DNA of 64,000 nt. Source: an uncultured bacterium. GTDB taxonomy: Bacteria > Omnitrophota > Omnitrophia > Omnitrophales > Aquincolibacteriaceae. Where the stretch lies: the NCBI GenBank assembly GCA_964482725.1, contig CAYZYT010000008.1, positions 3,255-67,254 on the forward strand. The letters run 5' to 3'. The notes under the pieces are model-generated. The model saw nothing but the letters and a program-made list of their open reading frames with translations. It did no database searches and had not been told where the DNA came from. This document shows positions 20,174 through 28,849 of the stretch, one piece after another; positions within the stretch are counted from its first letter, which is position 1, and each line of letters starts with the position of its first letter. Both the position numbers and the translations under genes were made by a program.

Positions 20174-20396
20174 TCTTTTTTAAACGAAGCGCGGAAAACG
20201 GCGGTGATCGCCGAGCGTTCTGAGGGCCCAGTCTTTAGTTTCTTTTTATAAAGGACGATGCATCTTCCGTGCTCTGAAGGGTTCCTCGAAAACAGGGGCC
20301 TTTAGCATCCTTCCGGCGCTGGCGCTCATTGAAGCATTGTTGTTTTCAGGGGGCCGGATTTTCAGCAGGGCTCCAGAAGCATTGAGGTGTGGAAAA

Positions 20397-22031
20397 ATGA
20401 AAAAAAGAAATCGGACGCTAATTAAATCAGGGGCGGTGGCCACCGTCGTTTTTTTCTTTTTTTTATCGACGGCAACGGCTTCGGTCGAATTGATCGGCCC
20501 CGAAGGAAAGCTGAAGCGTCCTGAAAACAAAGATTTTACCGTGACGACCGACGGGTATTGGGCGACCGATTTTGTGGCGTCCAAGAACACCGTCGATCTT
20601 GACAGCAAGCAGAAGAAAGATAAATACGGCTACATCGGTATGGCCTATCGCCTCAACGTGGACGCGACTTATAAAGACGACGTTGAGGTTTTTTTAGGCT
20701 TTGAGCGCAATGGACCGTATGGCTATGACGTGCCCGTTCTGGGGCGGAAGTCCCTGCCCTCCATTTATGGCGATTTGGAGCATTATCGCAACCGGGAGTT
20801 TCTCCCGGAGCTCAAGGAATGGTTTTTGGACGTCAAATCCCCTTGGACGGAGGCCTATCCCGTTCGTGCGAAGGTCGGTCTTTTTCCGCTCGAGATCGGG
20901 AACGGCTTTGCGGTCACCGGCCTCTACCAAAATTATGGGGTCCAGCTCTATCATCCCGGGGAAATTCTCGCCTGGCATTTCAATTACATTAAACCGAACT
21001 GGAGTAATTACGCCATTTTGGGTCCGACCCTCCCGCAGGAGAAATTTCTGGGACGCGGGTATTTCCACACCCAGGCCGACCTTTTTTCGCTCGACGCGGT
21101 TTATCATTGGAAAAAGCCCGAAGGCGCGTCCTGGATCATTCCGGGAGGCTCGCTCCAGCCCTATGTCAGTTTTCTCTCGGACCGGACGGGGGACCTGAAG
21201 CGCAAGAACCTTTTTGAGACTCAGACGCATCAGGATCTTTTGGGAACTCTGGGGGCGGACCTGAATCTGGAGTTCGGTCGGCTTTCGCTCGGCTTTGAAG
21301 CCGCAAGAAATTTCGGAAGGGCCAAAGCCACTGAGGGGGATGCCCCGTTTGACCCCGCGACCGGGGCGTCCATCGCCGGTGATAAGGACGTTATCCACAA
21401 AGGGTATCTTCTCTATGCGGACGCCGCGTTCGATCTGAAAGAATATTGGCTCACGCCGCGCACCAAGGTGATCGTGACCTCAGGGAATAAAAACAATGAT
21501 TCCTCCGACGGCCTTCTTCACGGCTCCACGAACCGGGCCTTCAGTGTTTTCTCGCCGATGAACACCCATTTGTCGTACAGTGTTTATCCTCCTCAAAAAT
21601 TAGCCCCGCTCCTTTTTATGGGAAATGCGTTGGGGAATAACTACGGGGTTCTCCGGCCGGGGACTTTTAATGATCCGGTTCTTTTCGAGAACATCATCAC
21701 GCCTAATGTCGGTGTGAACATCACGCCCCATCCCAAGGTCATCCTCACGATCGATTGGTGGTATTTTTCATCGTTCGAGCAGGGCGTGGGGTCCTGGGAC
21801 GGGGTCTCCAAAAAACTTTCGAGAGATCTTGGGAACGAGTTTGATTTTGGCGCGACGATCGACGCGACGAAATGGCTGACCCTGAATTTCGGCCTAGGCT
21901 ATTTCATCCCCGGGGATTATTACCGGGCAGAGCGGAATGACGATGGGACCGTTTTCAGCCCCCGCGCCAACACAGACGGAGTTGCGAACAAAGCCATTTA
22001 TTTCGAGAACCGAATCACGGTAAAGTTTTAA
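20397..22031 (+). CDS. Outer-membrane beta-barrel protein (alginate-export/porin-like)
   Basis: Signal peptide, amphipathic strands, RDLGNEFDF..GYFIPGDYY, terminal ITVKF BAM signal. Confidence 0.75.
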   Translation: MKKRNRTLIKSGAVATVVFFFFLSTATASVELIGPEGKLKRPENKDFTVTTDGYWATDFVASKNTVDLDSKQKKDKYGYIGMAYRLNVDATYKDDVEVFLGFERNGPYGYDVPVLGRKSLPSIYGDLEHYRNREFLPELKEWFLDVKSPWTEAYPVRAKVGLFPLEIGNGFAVTGLYQNYGVQLYHPGEILAWHFNYIKPNWSNYAILGPTLPQEKFLGRGYFHTQADLFSLDAVYHWKKPEGASWIIPGGSLQPYVSFLSDRTGDLKRKNLFETQTHQDLLGTLGADLNLEFGRLSLGFEAARNFGRAKATEGDAPFDPATGASIAGDKDVIHKGYLLYADAAFDLKEYWLTPRTKVIVTSGNKNNDSSDGLLHGSTNRAFSVFSPMNTHLSYSVYPPQKLAPLLFMGNALGNNYGVLRPGTFNDPVLFENIITPNVGVNITPHPKVILTIDWWYFSSFEQGVGSWDGVSKKLSRDLGNEFDFGATIDATKWLTLNFGLGYFIPGDYYRAERNDDGTVFSPRANTDGVANKAIYFENRITVKF

Positions 22032-22080
22032 AACCGAAAACCAGAACCCGACGCCGTCCGGTAACGGGTAACGTCAAATT

Positions 22081-22115
22081 AAAAAAAAGCCACCGATATC
22101 CCTATCGATGGCTTT
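22081..22115 (-). terminator. Intrinsic terminator downstream of the tRNA-3'-end element
   Basis: AAAGCCA-C-CGATA/TATCG-A-TGGCTTT stem next to an A8 run (U-tract on the minus strand). Confidence 0.65.
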
Positions 22116-22125
22116 GAGTGTTAAC

Positions 22126-22244
22126 TGGGGCGGTCGACGGGAATTGGCGCCCTGCGCGGGACTTCGTCTCCGCTGCGGGTCGGCCACCCGCCCCGCCGTA
22201 CAATGCTCCGAAGGTCGCATTGGCGGGGCTCCCTTCAATTCCCT
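22126..22244 (-). repeat. tRNA-His 3'-end-linked structured element, copy 1 (ends in full CCA)
   Basis: 117 bp (22128-22244) identical by eye to 25034-25150 and 25204-25320; the last 19 nt on the minus strand equal the tRNA-His 3' end. Confidence 0.9.
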
Positions 22245-22293
22245 AAATCTTCGAATCAACTTTCTCTTTGAACGGGTGGTCCAAAAAGAAAGT

Positions 22294-22332
22294 TGGGGCG
22301 GTCGACGGGAATTGAACCCGCGACCCCAAGAT
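22294..22332 (-). repeat. att-site duplication: displaced 3' half of tRNA-His
   Basis: 22296-22332 matches 25374-25410 over 37 bp, breaking at the anticodon loop; this copy also carries CCA. Confidence 0.88.
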
Positions 22333-22745
22333 TCGCAATTATGTCCCCAAGATTGACCATGTTTATCCATCCTTATCCACCCAAAGCGCTATCAAGTCGT
22401 GCTATCACCGAGGAAGGGGGGCCTATAGCCTGGAAATGACGGCACCCACTGATTCTGAATCTGGTCGAAAGAAAATTTAATTCAAAAATTAAAAGGGACC
22501 CTCTCTCTGGTAGCGGCCCTGCATTGCCCAAAGATTGCCCCGTACGGCTCTCCATGGCGGCTGGAACCTCTGACATAGCCACGGTTAGCGTCACGGGCGT
22601 CATGCTGTCATTGGATCGATTATCTGCTTTGAAACTTGCATAGCCAAGTCCATACCAGCGGAGGTATAATTATCTGTCTTTAAACCATGCCCCAAAAGCT
22701 CGGACGATATGCACCTTCGCATGAGTCGGTAGTAGGGAGCGCTGA

Positions 22746-24221
22746 ATGAATCTCAATAAATTCCCTCAAAGCATTCGCCGGTTTTGGTCGCTTTGGCTTG
22801 TCATTGCCGCTTCAACGCTCGTCACCATCGGCTTCGTCATCGCCTGCTTCGCCTCCGGCTTTTTCATCATTGTTCAAAATCTCTTTTACATTCCCATTAT
22901 CCTCGCCTGCCTCTATTACACAAAACGTGGGTTCGTATTCTCTCTGGCCATTGCAGGCATCTATGTTTTTCTCACCTTCGCCTTTACACATGAACATACG
23001 GTAATCCTGCAGGCTTTTGTCCGGGCCGGCATCTTCGTGCTCATTGCAGGTATCATTACCACCCTGTCATTAGAGCGTAAGCGGGCCGAGGAGTCGCTGC
23101 GGGAGAGTGAGAACAGGTATCGAAATATCTTTCAGTCGTCTCGTGATGCCATTATGACGATCGAGCCGCCGTCCTGGAGATTCACTTCCGGAAACCCGGC
23201 AACCATAAAAATGTTTAAGGCGAAGGATGAAGCGGAGTTTTTGGCCTGCGTCCCCTGGCAATTATCTCCCGAACGGCAGCCGGATGGGAGACCCTCGGAT
23301 GAGAAGTCGAAAGAGATGATAGAAACGGCTATGCGTGAAGGCTCCAATTTCTTTGAGTGGACGCACAAACGGACGAGTGGCGAGGTCTTCCCTGCAGAGG
23401 TGTTGTTGTCGAAAATGGAACTGGACGGAAACGTATTTCTTCATGCAGTTGTCCGGGATATCACCGAGCGCAAGACAGCCGAGGCGGAGATCATGAAGGC
23501 GGAGCTTCTCAGGACCCATGCGGAGATCAAATCCAAGTTCGCTTCAATGGTTTCGCATGAACTCCGGAGCCCGCTGGCTATTATCCAGGGGAGCGTCTCT
23601 CTCGTTAAAGACGGTTTGGTAGGGCCGGTCAATGAGGAGCAAAAAGGGATTCTGGGGACGGGGCTCAAGGGCGTCGAGCGACTGGGGCGCTTGATCAATA
23701 ATGTTTTAGATTTCCAGAAGATCGAGTCTGGGAAAATGGAGTACGACATGCGTGAGAATGATATCAAGGAAACAGTTCTTGAGGCCTCTCAAGGCTTGCG
23801 GTTTCTATCGGAACCCAAGGGCCTGGATCTCCGGGTGCAGCCCCGGGATATCTTGCCCAGGATAAAATTTGACAAGGATAAGATCATCCAGGTGCTTATT
23901 AACTTGATCAGCAATGCCATAAAATTTACCTCCCAAGGGAGTGTCACGATCAACATTCAACGGGAAAATAATACGGCGCATGTGGAGATCCGGGATACCG
24001 GGCCGGGGATCAAGGCCGAAGATATCCCCAGGCTTTTTCAGCCCTTTGAACAGCTCGACAAAGGAAGAGGCAGGGCTAAGGGCGGTACGGGCTTAGGGTT
24101 AGCTATTTCAAAAGAGATCGTTCTCGCTCATGGCGGAAAGATATGGGCCGAGTCAGAGATCGGCAAAGGAAGCGCTTTTCACTTTACACTGCCTGTTCTG
24201 GAAAACAGGAGACCGGTATGA
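22746..24221 (+). CDS. Membrane-bound PAS sensor histidine kinase
   Basis: N-terminal TM helices, PAS (SPERQPDG), [30 protein letters not shown]. Confidence 0.95.
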   Translation: MNLNKFPQSIRRFWSLWLVIAASTLVTIGFVIACFASGFFIIVQNLFYIPIILACLYYTKRGFVFSLAIAGIYVFLTFAFTHEHTVILQAFVRAGIFVLIAGIITTLSLERKRAEESLRESENRYRNIFQSSRDAIMTIEPPSWRFTSGNPATIKMFKAKDEAEFLACVPWQLSPERQPDGRPSDEKSKEMIETAMREGSNFFEWTHKRTSGEVFPAEVLLSKMELDGNVFLHAVVRDITERKTAEAEIMKAELLRTHAEIKSKFASMVSHELRSPLAIIQGSVSLVKDGLVGPVNEEQKGILGTGLKGVERLGRLINNVLDFQKIESGKMEYDMRENDIKETVLEASQGLRFLSEPKGLDLRVQPRDILPRIKFDKDKIIQVLINLISNAIKFTSQGSVTINIQRENNTAHVEIRDTGPGIKAEDIPRLFQPFEQLDKGRGRAKGGTGLGLAISKEIVLAHGGKIWAESEIGKGSAFHFTLPVLENRRPV

Positions 24222-24580
24222 CAAAGAAGATCCTGGTGGCCGATGACGAACCCGAGTTGCTTGAACTGACTTTGCTCCGGCTGAAAAAGACGGGTTATGA
24301 TGTATTCGGGTCGGCGGACGGCCGGGAGGTCCTGGAGCTGGTTCGCCAACAAATGCCCGATCTGATTATCCTGGATGTCTACCTTCCGGTAATCGACGGC
24401 GATGAGATCGCCAAGCTATTCAAGAAAGATGAAAAGATGAAACACATTCCGGTCATTCTGATTTCGGCGACCACCCAGACCCTCGAAGAGAGGGCCAAAG
24501 AATGCGGCGCGGTCGGTTATTTTTCAAAGCCGTTCGACCCTGGAGACCTGGTCACTATGGTCAAGAAGCATATTGGCTAA
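24218..24580 (+). CDS. Single-domain response regulator (CheY-like)
   Basis: [23 protein letters not shown]; ATGA overlap with the kinase stop. Confidence 0.93.
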   Translation: MTKKILVADDEPELLELTLLRLKKTGYDVFGSADGREVLELVRQQMPDLIILDVYLPVIDGDEIAKLFKKDEKMKHIPVILISATTQTLEERAKECGAVGYFSKPFDPGDLVTMVKKHIG

Positions 24581-25031
24581 CAAAGATGTGAGTGGTTTTT
24601 AAAGAAACAGCCAGAGAATGGAGCCATTGAGCGGAAAAGAAAACGGGCCGGGGTTGTGGAATGAGTGAAGCCGCGCCTTAGAATTGCTGGGAGTTCGCAA
24701 GCTCTTTTAAAGGAAAAGGCTGCGCCAAGGCGCAGGAGGCAGATGGTTTTCGGTACTGCATAAGGGAATGCGCTTGGTTTCAGAAGTTAAACCCAGAATA
24801 TTACGGCAACGACGGAAACCTCAAGCCGTTCTGAAACCAAACCCCAAGCCAATAGAGTGTTTCATGCGTAATTAACGGCTATCCAAAGTGCTATCACCCC
24901 TATAAAACCCACCCGAAATAAAAAAGAGCAAGTACCGTAGACGACGGCTGTTCAAAAGCCGTCACGGGATAGTGCTTGGCCATAAAGGCCAAGCCAATCA
25001 GCGCAAGTGCCGACTGCTCTTTGAGATAAAG

Positions 25032-25392
25032 AAGGGCGGTCGACGGGAATTGGCGCCCTGCGCGGGACTTCGTCTCCGCTGCGGGTCGGCCACCCGCCCC
25101 GCCGTACAATGCTCCGAAGGTCGCATTGGCGGGGCTCCCTTCAATTCCCTTGAGCCATCAACAAAAAATCCCTTTCCGGAATAAATCCGAAAAGGGATTT
25201 TAAGGGCGGTCGACGGGAATTGGCGCCCTGCGCGGGACTTCGTCTCCGCTGCGGGTCGGCCACCCGCCCCGCCGTACAATGCTCCGAAGGTCGCATTGGC
25301 GGGGCTCCCTTCAATTCCCTTGAGCCATCAACAAAAAATCCCTTTCCGGAATAAATCCGAAAAGGGATTTTAAGGGCGGTCGACGGGAATTG
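25032..25392 (-). repeat. Tandem 170-bp repeats downstream of tRNA-His (2 full units plus the tRNA end); each unit = terminator hairpin + structured core + tRNA 3' 19 nt
   Basis: GGGCGGTCGACGGGAATTG starts at 25034, 25204 and 25374 (period 170); the two units look identical. Confidence 0.93.
25333..25371 (-). terminator. Intrinsic terminator directly after tRNA-His (repeated at 25163-25201)
   Basis: AAAATCCCTTTCCGGA-ATAAA-TCCGAAAAGGGATTTT hairpin with a U-tract on the minus strand. Confidence 0.8.
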
Positions 25393-25449
25393 AACCCGCG
25401 ACCCCAAGATCCACAATCTTGTGCTCTAACCAACTGAGCTACGACCGCC
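25374..25449 (-). tRNA. tRNA-His (GUG), with encoded G-1; CCA not fully encoded
   Basis: Minus strand GGCGGTCGTAGCTCAGTTGGTTAGAGCACAAGATTGTGGATCTTGGGGTCGCGGGTTCAATTCCCGTCGACCGCCC folds into a cloverleaf with anticodon GTG and a G-1:C73 pair. Confidence 0.97.
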
Positions 25450-25689
25450 ATGATACTTTTCAATGCCAGAACGTTGCGATCTTACAATCTTTCCAACTGT
25501 ATCAAACCCCCATGGTTTGATATGGCTTCGGCAGGCACTGGATGTGCCTGTCCGATCCAAGCTACGACCGCCACGATATTTGTGAATGAAACAGGCTCGC
25601 ATTATAACGAAAAAAGTGTTTTAGGGAAGGATAAAGCATATAATAACAGCCTCTACGATGAAGTTCCGCGAACTTTTTGGGAGGTGCTC

Positions 25690-25902
25690 ATGAAAGAATT
25701 TCTGGCGGGAGTGTTGGTGGTCGTGATGGCACTGGTTCTTTCCGGGATCGGGGTTCTTTTGCTGCCTCTATTGCTTGTGCTGGGCATTTTCCTTCGTCTG
25801 GCTATCGGGCTGATCGTTCTGATTCTTGCGATATGGCTGATCGGGAAGGTAACGCTTTTTCTGTTCGACCTTCTCAAGAAGAAGGAAAATAATCAAGTCT
25901 GA
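25690..25902 (+). CDS. Small hypothetical membrane protein
   Basis: GGAGG SD, 70 aa, almost entirely hydrophobic with a basic tail. Confidence 0.65.
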   Translation: MKEFLAGVLVVVMALVLSGIGVLLLPLLLVLGIFLRLAIGLIVLILAIWLIGKVTLFLFDLLKKKENNQV

Positions 25903-25912
25903 AGGAGCGATC

Positions 25913-26164
25913 ATGGAACGGTTGATGACAGCGAAACAGGTCAGCGAATTGATCGAGGTGAAGCCTTCCACGGTTTATCAATGGGTGCACCTCGGGCTTA
26001 TTCCCTACGTGAAGCTCGGCAAATGCGTACGTTTCAAGAAGGTGGAGCTTTTTCGCTGGATCGACAAGAATTTTCGCAAGGAACGCATTTCCTTCCGATC
26101 GGCTGAGAAGACGCTTGCCAAACTTCCCTCCGCGAAGCAAAAGGATTTCTTTTCGTTGGAATGA
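25913..26164 (+). CDS. Excisionase-like (HTH_17/MerR-type) DNA-binding protein
   Basis: LMTAKQVSELIEVKPSTVYQWVHLGLIPYVKLGKCVRF; AAGGAG SD. Confidence 0.88.
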   Translation: MERLMTAKQVSELIEVKPSTVYQWVHLGLIPYVKLGKCVRFKKVELFRWIDKNFRKERISFRSAEKTLAKLPSAKQKDFFSLE

Positions 26165-26169
26165 TTCCT

Positions 26170-26211
26170 GCGCAACGCGCAACGAAATAATCCTGTTTCT
26201 TACGTTGCGCG
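26170..26211. repeat. GCGCAAC heptamer inverted-repeat hairpin (family a, copy 1)
   Basis: gcgcaac-gcgcaac-g ... cgttgcgcg. Confidence 0.6.
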
Positions 26212-26349
26212 AAGTATTGATTTCTACCTTCAGGGGGTCTAGACTAAAGCCGTAGATAGAAGTGGCCGAAGGTTCGGTCTCGTTGGTTTGCACCCTAGGG
26301 CCTGATTTATCATTTAAGATTGATTGGGACGGCAACTCGGAGGTGTGCT

Positions 26350-26538
26350 ATGACAGAGCCCCAGAGACATAAGCTGGTCGCCGGCGGCGCCTTAGCGGTG
26401 ACTGTCTGCTTGATCCTTTATTTGATCGTCTTCGGATTCCATGCTTTTGATCCGAAGAGCCTGATCCTTTTTGTCGGATTTTTTGCGGTGGCCGCAAAGC
26501 TTTCTACGGTCAAGCATAAACACAATCCGATGGTTTGA
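26350..26538 (+). CDS. Small two-TM hypothetical protein
   Basis: GGAGGT SD, 62 aa with two hydrophobic segments. Confidence 0.6.
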   Translation: MTEPQRHKLVAGGALAVTVCLILYLIVFGFHAFDPKSLILFVGFFAVAAKLSTVKHKHNPMV

Positions 26539-26608
26539 GCGCAACGCACAACGCGCAACGATTTGTTTTTTTTGCGTGGAGCGTTGAGCTTTGCGCGTTG
26601 CGAGCGTT
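26539..26608. repeat. GCGCAAC heptamer inverted-repeat hairpin (family a, copy 2)
   Basis: gcgcaac-gcacaac-gcgcaac ... gcgtgga-gcgttga-gctttgc-gcgttgc; starts right after the TGA. Confidence 0.7.
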
Positions 26609-26648
26609 CTCCCTTGTAAATCCCCACCTCATTCAGTAGACTACGCAA

Positions 26649-26764
26649 CCATCCCAACTTTATATTTTCCATATGAAGGGTAGTTGGGATGGCCCCAATC
26701 ACAGCAAAGCTGTGATTGATCGGTATTGGGATCGCTTCGTTTAAATTGATAGGTATTTGGGACC
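26649..26764 (+). promoter_or_regulatory. Conserved structured leader element, copy B (abuts the prfB start)
   Basis: CCATCCCAACT..AGTTGGGATGG; CAATCACAG-CAAAG-CTGTGATTG; GGTATTGGGATCGC..GGTATTTGGGACC-ATG. Confidence 0.7.
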
Positions 26765-27875
26765 ATGAAAGAAGAAATTGCCGCGATCAAGGACCGCATT
26801 ACGGATCTCAAGGAAAAACTCCGAGAGATAAGGGGGTATCTTTGACCTGGAGGCTCAGGAGCGCGAGATCTCGAACATCAACATAAAGATGACCGCGGCG
26901 GATTTCTGGGATCGTCCGCAGGATGCCCAGGCCACGGTCGAGCGTCTGAAAGTCCTCAAGAAAGTCGTGGATCCCTGGCACAAAGCCCATCAAACTTCCG
27001 TCGATCTTCTGGAACTCATCGGGATGATGGATGAAAATCAGGGGGAATCCCTGAAGGAATTTCAGGACGACGTAGCGAAACTTTCCCGGGAAGTCGAACT
27101 GCTGGAATTCCAGAGGCTTTTGTCGGGTCCCTTTGATCCAAACAATGCGATCGTAAGTATTAACTCCGGCGCCGGCGGGACTGAGGCCTGTGACTGGGCT
27201 CAGATGCTCTATCGCATGTACACGCGCTGGGCCGAGCAACATGGTTATGCGGTGCAGATGGTCGATCTGATGCAGGGGGAGGAGGCGGGGATCAAAAGTG
27301 CGACTTTTATCGTGCAGGGCGCTTATGCGTATGGTTATTTAAAAGCGGAATCAGGGGTGCACCGGCTCGTGAGGATCTCGCCTTTTGACGCAAATAAACG
27401 CCGCCATACATCTTTCGCGTCCATGGATGTGATCGCGGAAGTGGATGATATCCCGGAGATCGAGATCAAAGATGACGATATCCGGATCGATGCCTTCCGG
27501 GCCGGCGGTGCGGGAGGTCAGCATGTGAACAAAACCTCGAGCGCGATCCGTATCACGCATCTTGCAACCGGGATCGTTACTCAGTGCCAGAATGAGCGTT
27601 CTCAGACTCAGAACAAACAGGTGGCGATGAAGGTTTTGAAGGCGCGGCTTTATGAAAGGCTGCTGCAGGAAAAAGAAGCGGCGCTTGCGACGCAATATGG
27701 GCCCAAAAAAAAGATCGAGTGGGGTTCTCAGATCCGCTCTTATGTTTTTCATCCCTATACGATGGTGAAGGACCACCGCACGGATTTCGAGACCTCGAAC
27801 GGGGATGCGGTGATGGACGGCAAGTTAGATGAATTTATCGAAGCTTATTTGAAACAGAATGTAACGAAAAGCTAG
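26765..27875 (+). CDS. prfB: Peptide chain release factor 2, with programmed +1 frameshift
   Basis: ATG 26765 reads to CTT TGA (26840-26845); the +1 frame continues into the ORF carrying the SPF and GGQ motifs. Confidence 0.97.
26831..26846 (+). promoter_or_regulatory. RF2 +1 programmed ribosomal frameshift site
   Basis: Canonical AGGGGG-TAT-CTT-TGA-C. Confidence 0.97.
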
Positions 27876-27947
27876 GATAGAGGATAGCGGATGGAGGATG
27901 GCGAGAAACTTGATTTGCGCCTTCCGCCCTCCTCCCTCCGATATCCG
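27874..27947. repeat. GGATGGC-type heptamer inverted-repeat hairpin (family b, copy 1)
   Basis: ggataga-ggatagc-ggatgga-ggatggc ... cgccttc-cgccctc-ctccctc-cgatatc; starts at the prfB stop. Confidence 0.75.
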
Positions 27948-27968
27948 GAATAGTTTAAGGAGATTAAA

Positions 27969-28772
27969 ATGAAAAAGTTTGCGCAACTCTTTATGGTTGT
28001 CGTCGCGTGTTGCATGCTTTCCGGCTGCGTCGTGCAGGTTGAGGACGGTCAGGTCGGTGTGAAGAATGATTTTGGGCACATCCACGATGAAGTGCTGAAC
28101 GCCGGATGGCATTTCTTTGTGCCGGCGATCACTCAGATCGAATTATGGAACGTCAAGTTGCAGGAGCTCAAAGAAACCGCCGAAGTCCCTTCCTCGGAAG
28201 GGTTGATCTCGCAGCTGGATATTTCGATCATGTACCATGTGCCGGCCGACAAGGCGAGCTTTGTCCGCAAAAAGATCGGTCCTTATTACGTCTCGGTGGT
28301 CCTGGAGCCTTATGTCCGGGAGTCGATCCGGAACGTGGCGAGTGGTTACGCGGTGAAAGCCCTTTATAGCGAGGCGGGGCGTAAGGAGATCGGCAAGAAT
28401 ATCCTTTCCTTTCTTCAGGGAAAACTGGATGAGAAGGGGATCATGATCCAGGATGTGCTTTTGCGGGATGTGAAGCTTCCCCCCTCGTTCTCACAGAGCA
28501 TTGAATTGAAATTGAAGGCCGAACAGGAAGCCCTTCAGAAAGAATTTGAATTGCTGAAGGCCAAGAAAGATGCCGAGATCGAAGTGGCGAAGGCGGAAGG
28601 GGTCGCCAAAGCCAACCAGATCATCGGAGATTCTCTGAAAAGCAATGACTCCTATTTAAAGTATCTATGGATCCGGGGTCTTAAGGATACCAAGGGCCAG
28701 GTCATTTATGTGCCCACCGAAGCCGGGCTTCCGATCCTTGAAGCCTCGAGGAATCAAACCAAATCAACATAG
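27969..28772 (+). CDS. SPFH/prohibitin-domain protein, possibly a lipoprotein
   Basis: LSGC lipobox-like motif, GWHFFVP, SSEGL, VLLRDVKLP, IELKLKAEQE, AEGVAKAN. Confidence 0.9.
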   Translation: MKKFAQLFMVVVACCMLSGCVVQVEDGQVGVKNDFGHIHDEVLNAGWHFFVPAITQIELWNVKLQELKETAEVPSSEGLISQLDISIMYHVPADKASFVRKKIGPYYVSVVLEPYVRESIRNVASGYAVKALYSEAGRKEIGKNILSFLQGKLDEKGIMIQDVLLRDVKLPPSFSQSIELKLKAEQEALQKEFELLKAKKDAEIEVAKAEGVAKANQIIGDSLKSNDSYLKYLWIRGLKDTKGQVIYVPTEAGLPILEASRNQTKST

Positions 28773-28839
28773 GATGGCGGAAGGCGGAGGGAGGATGGCA
28801 GCAGCGTTGCGCCATCCACCCTCCTCCCTCCGAGATCCG
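28771..28839. repeat. GGATGGC-type heptamer inverted-repeat hairpin (family b, copy 2)
   Basis: ggatggc-ggaaggc-ggaggga-ggatggc ... cgccatc-caccctc-ctccctc-cgagatc; starts at the SPFH stop. Confidence 0.75.
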
Positions 28840-28849
28840 ATAGGGAAAT

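Larger units (their letters stand above)
22294..25410. mobile_element. Degenerate genomic islet integrated at tRNA-His; no integrase visible
   Basis: Flanked by the 37-bp tRNA direct repeat; cargo is one HK and one receiver gene. Confidence 0.7.

Noticed and set aside
22294-22360. Second tRNA gene
   Set aside because: Only the 3' half matches; the D-arm and 5' acceptor strand are missing, so it is an att remnant.
25032-25392. Possible CRISPR array
   Set aside because: The 170-bp units are identical with no unique spacers, end in tRNA sequence, and no cas genes are present.
22074-25416. Short ORFs sharing ELKGAPPMRPSEHC../MYGGAGGRPAAETK..
   Set aside because: These are translations of the 117-bp repeat in several frames, with no evidence of real coding.
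26240-26335. Possible riboswitch or fourth leader-element copy before the 62-aa ORF
   Set aside because: Only a small hairpin and a GATTGGGACGGC fragment are present; the pairing arm and downstream motifs are missing.
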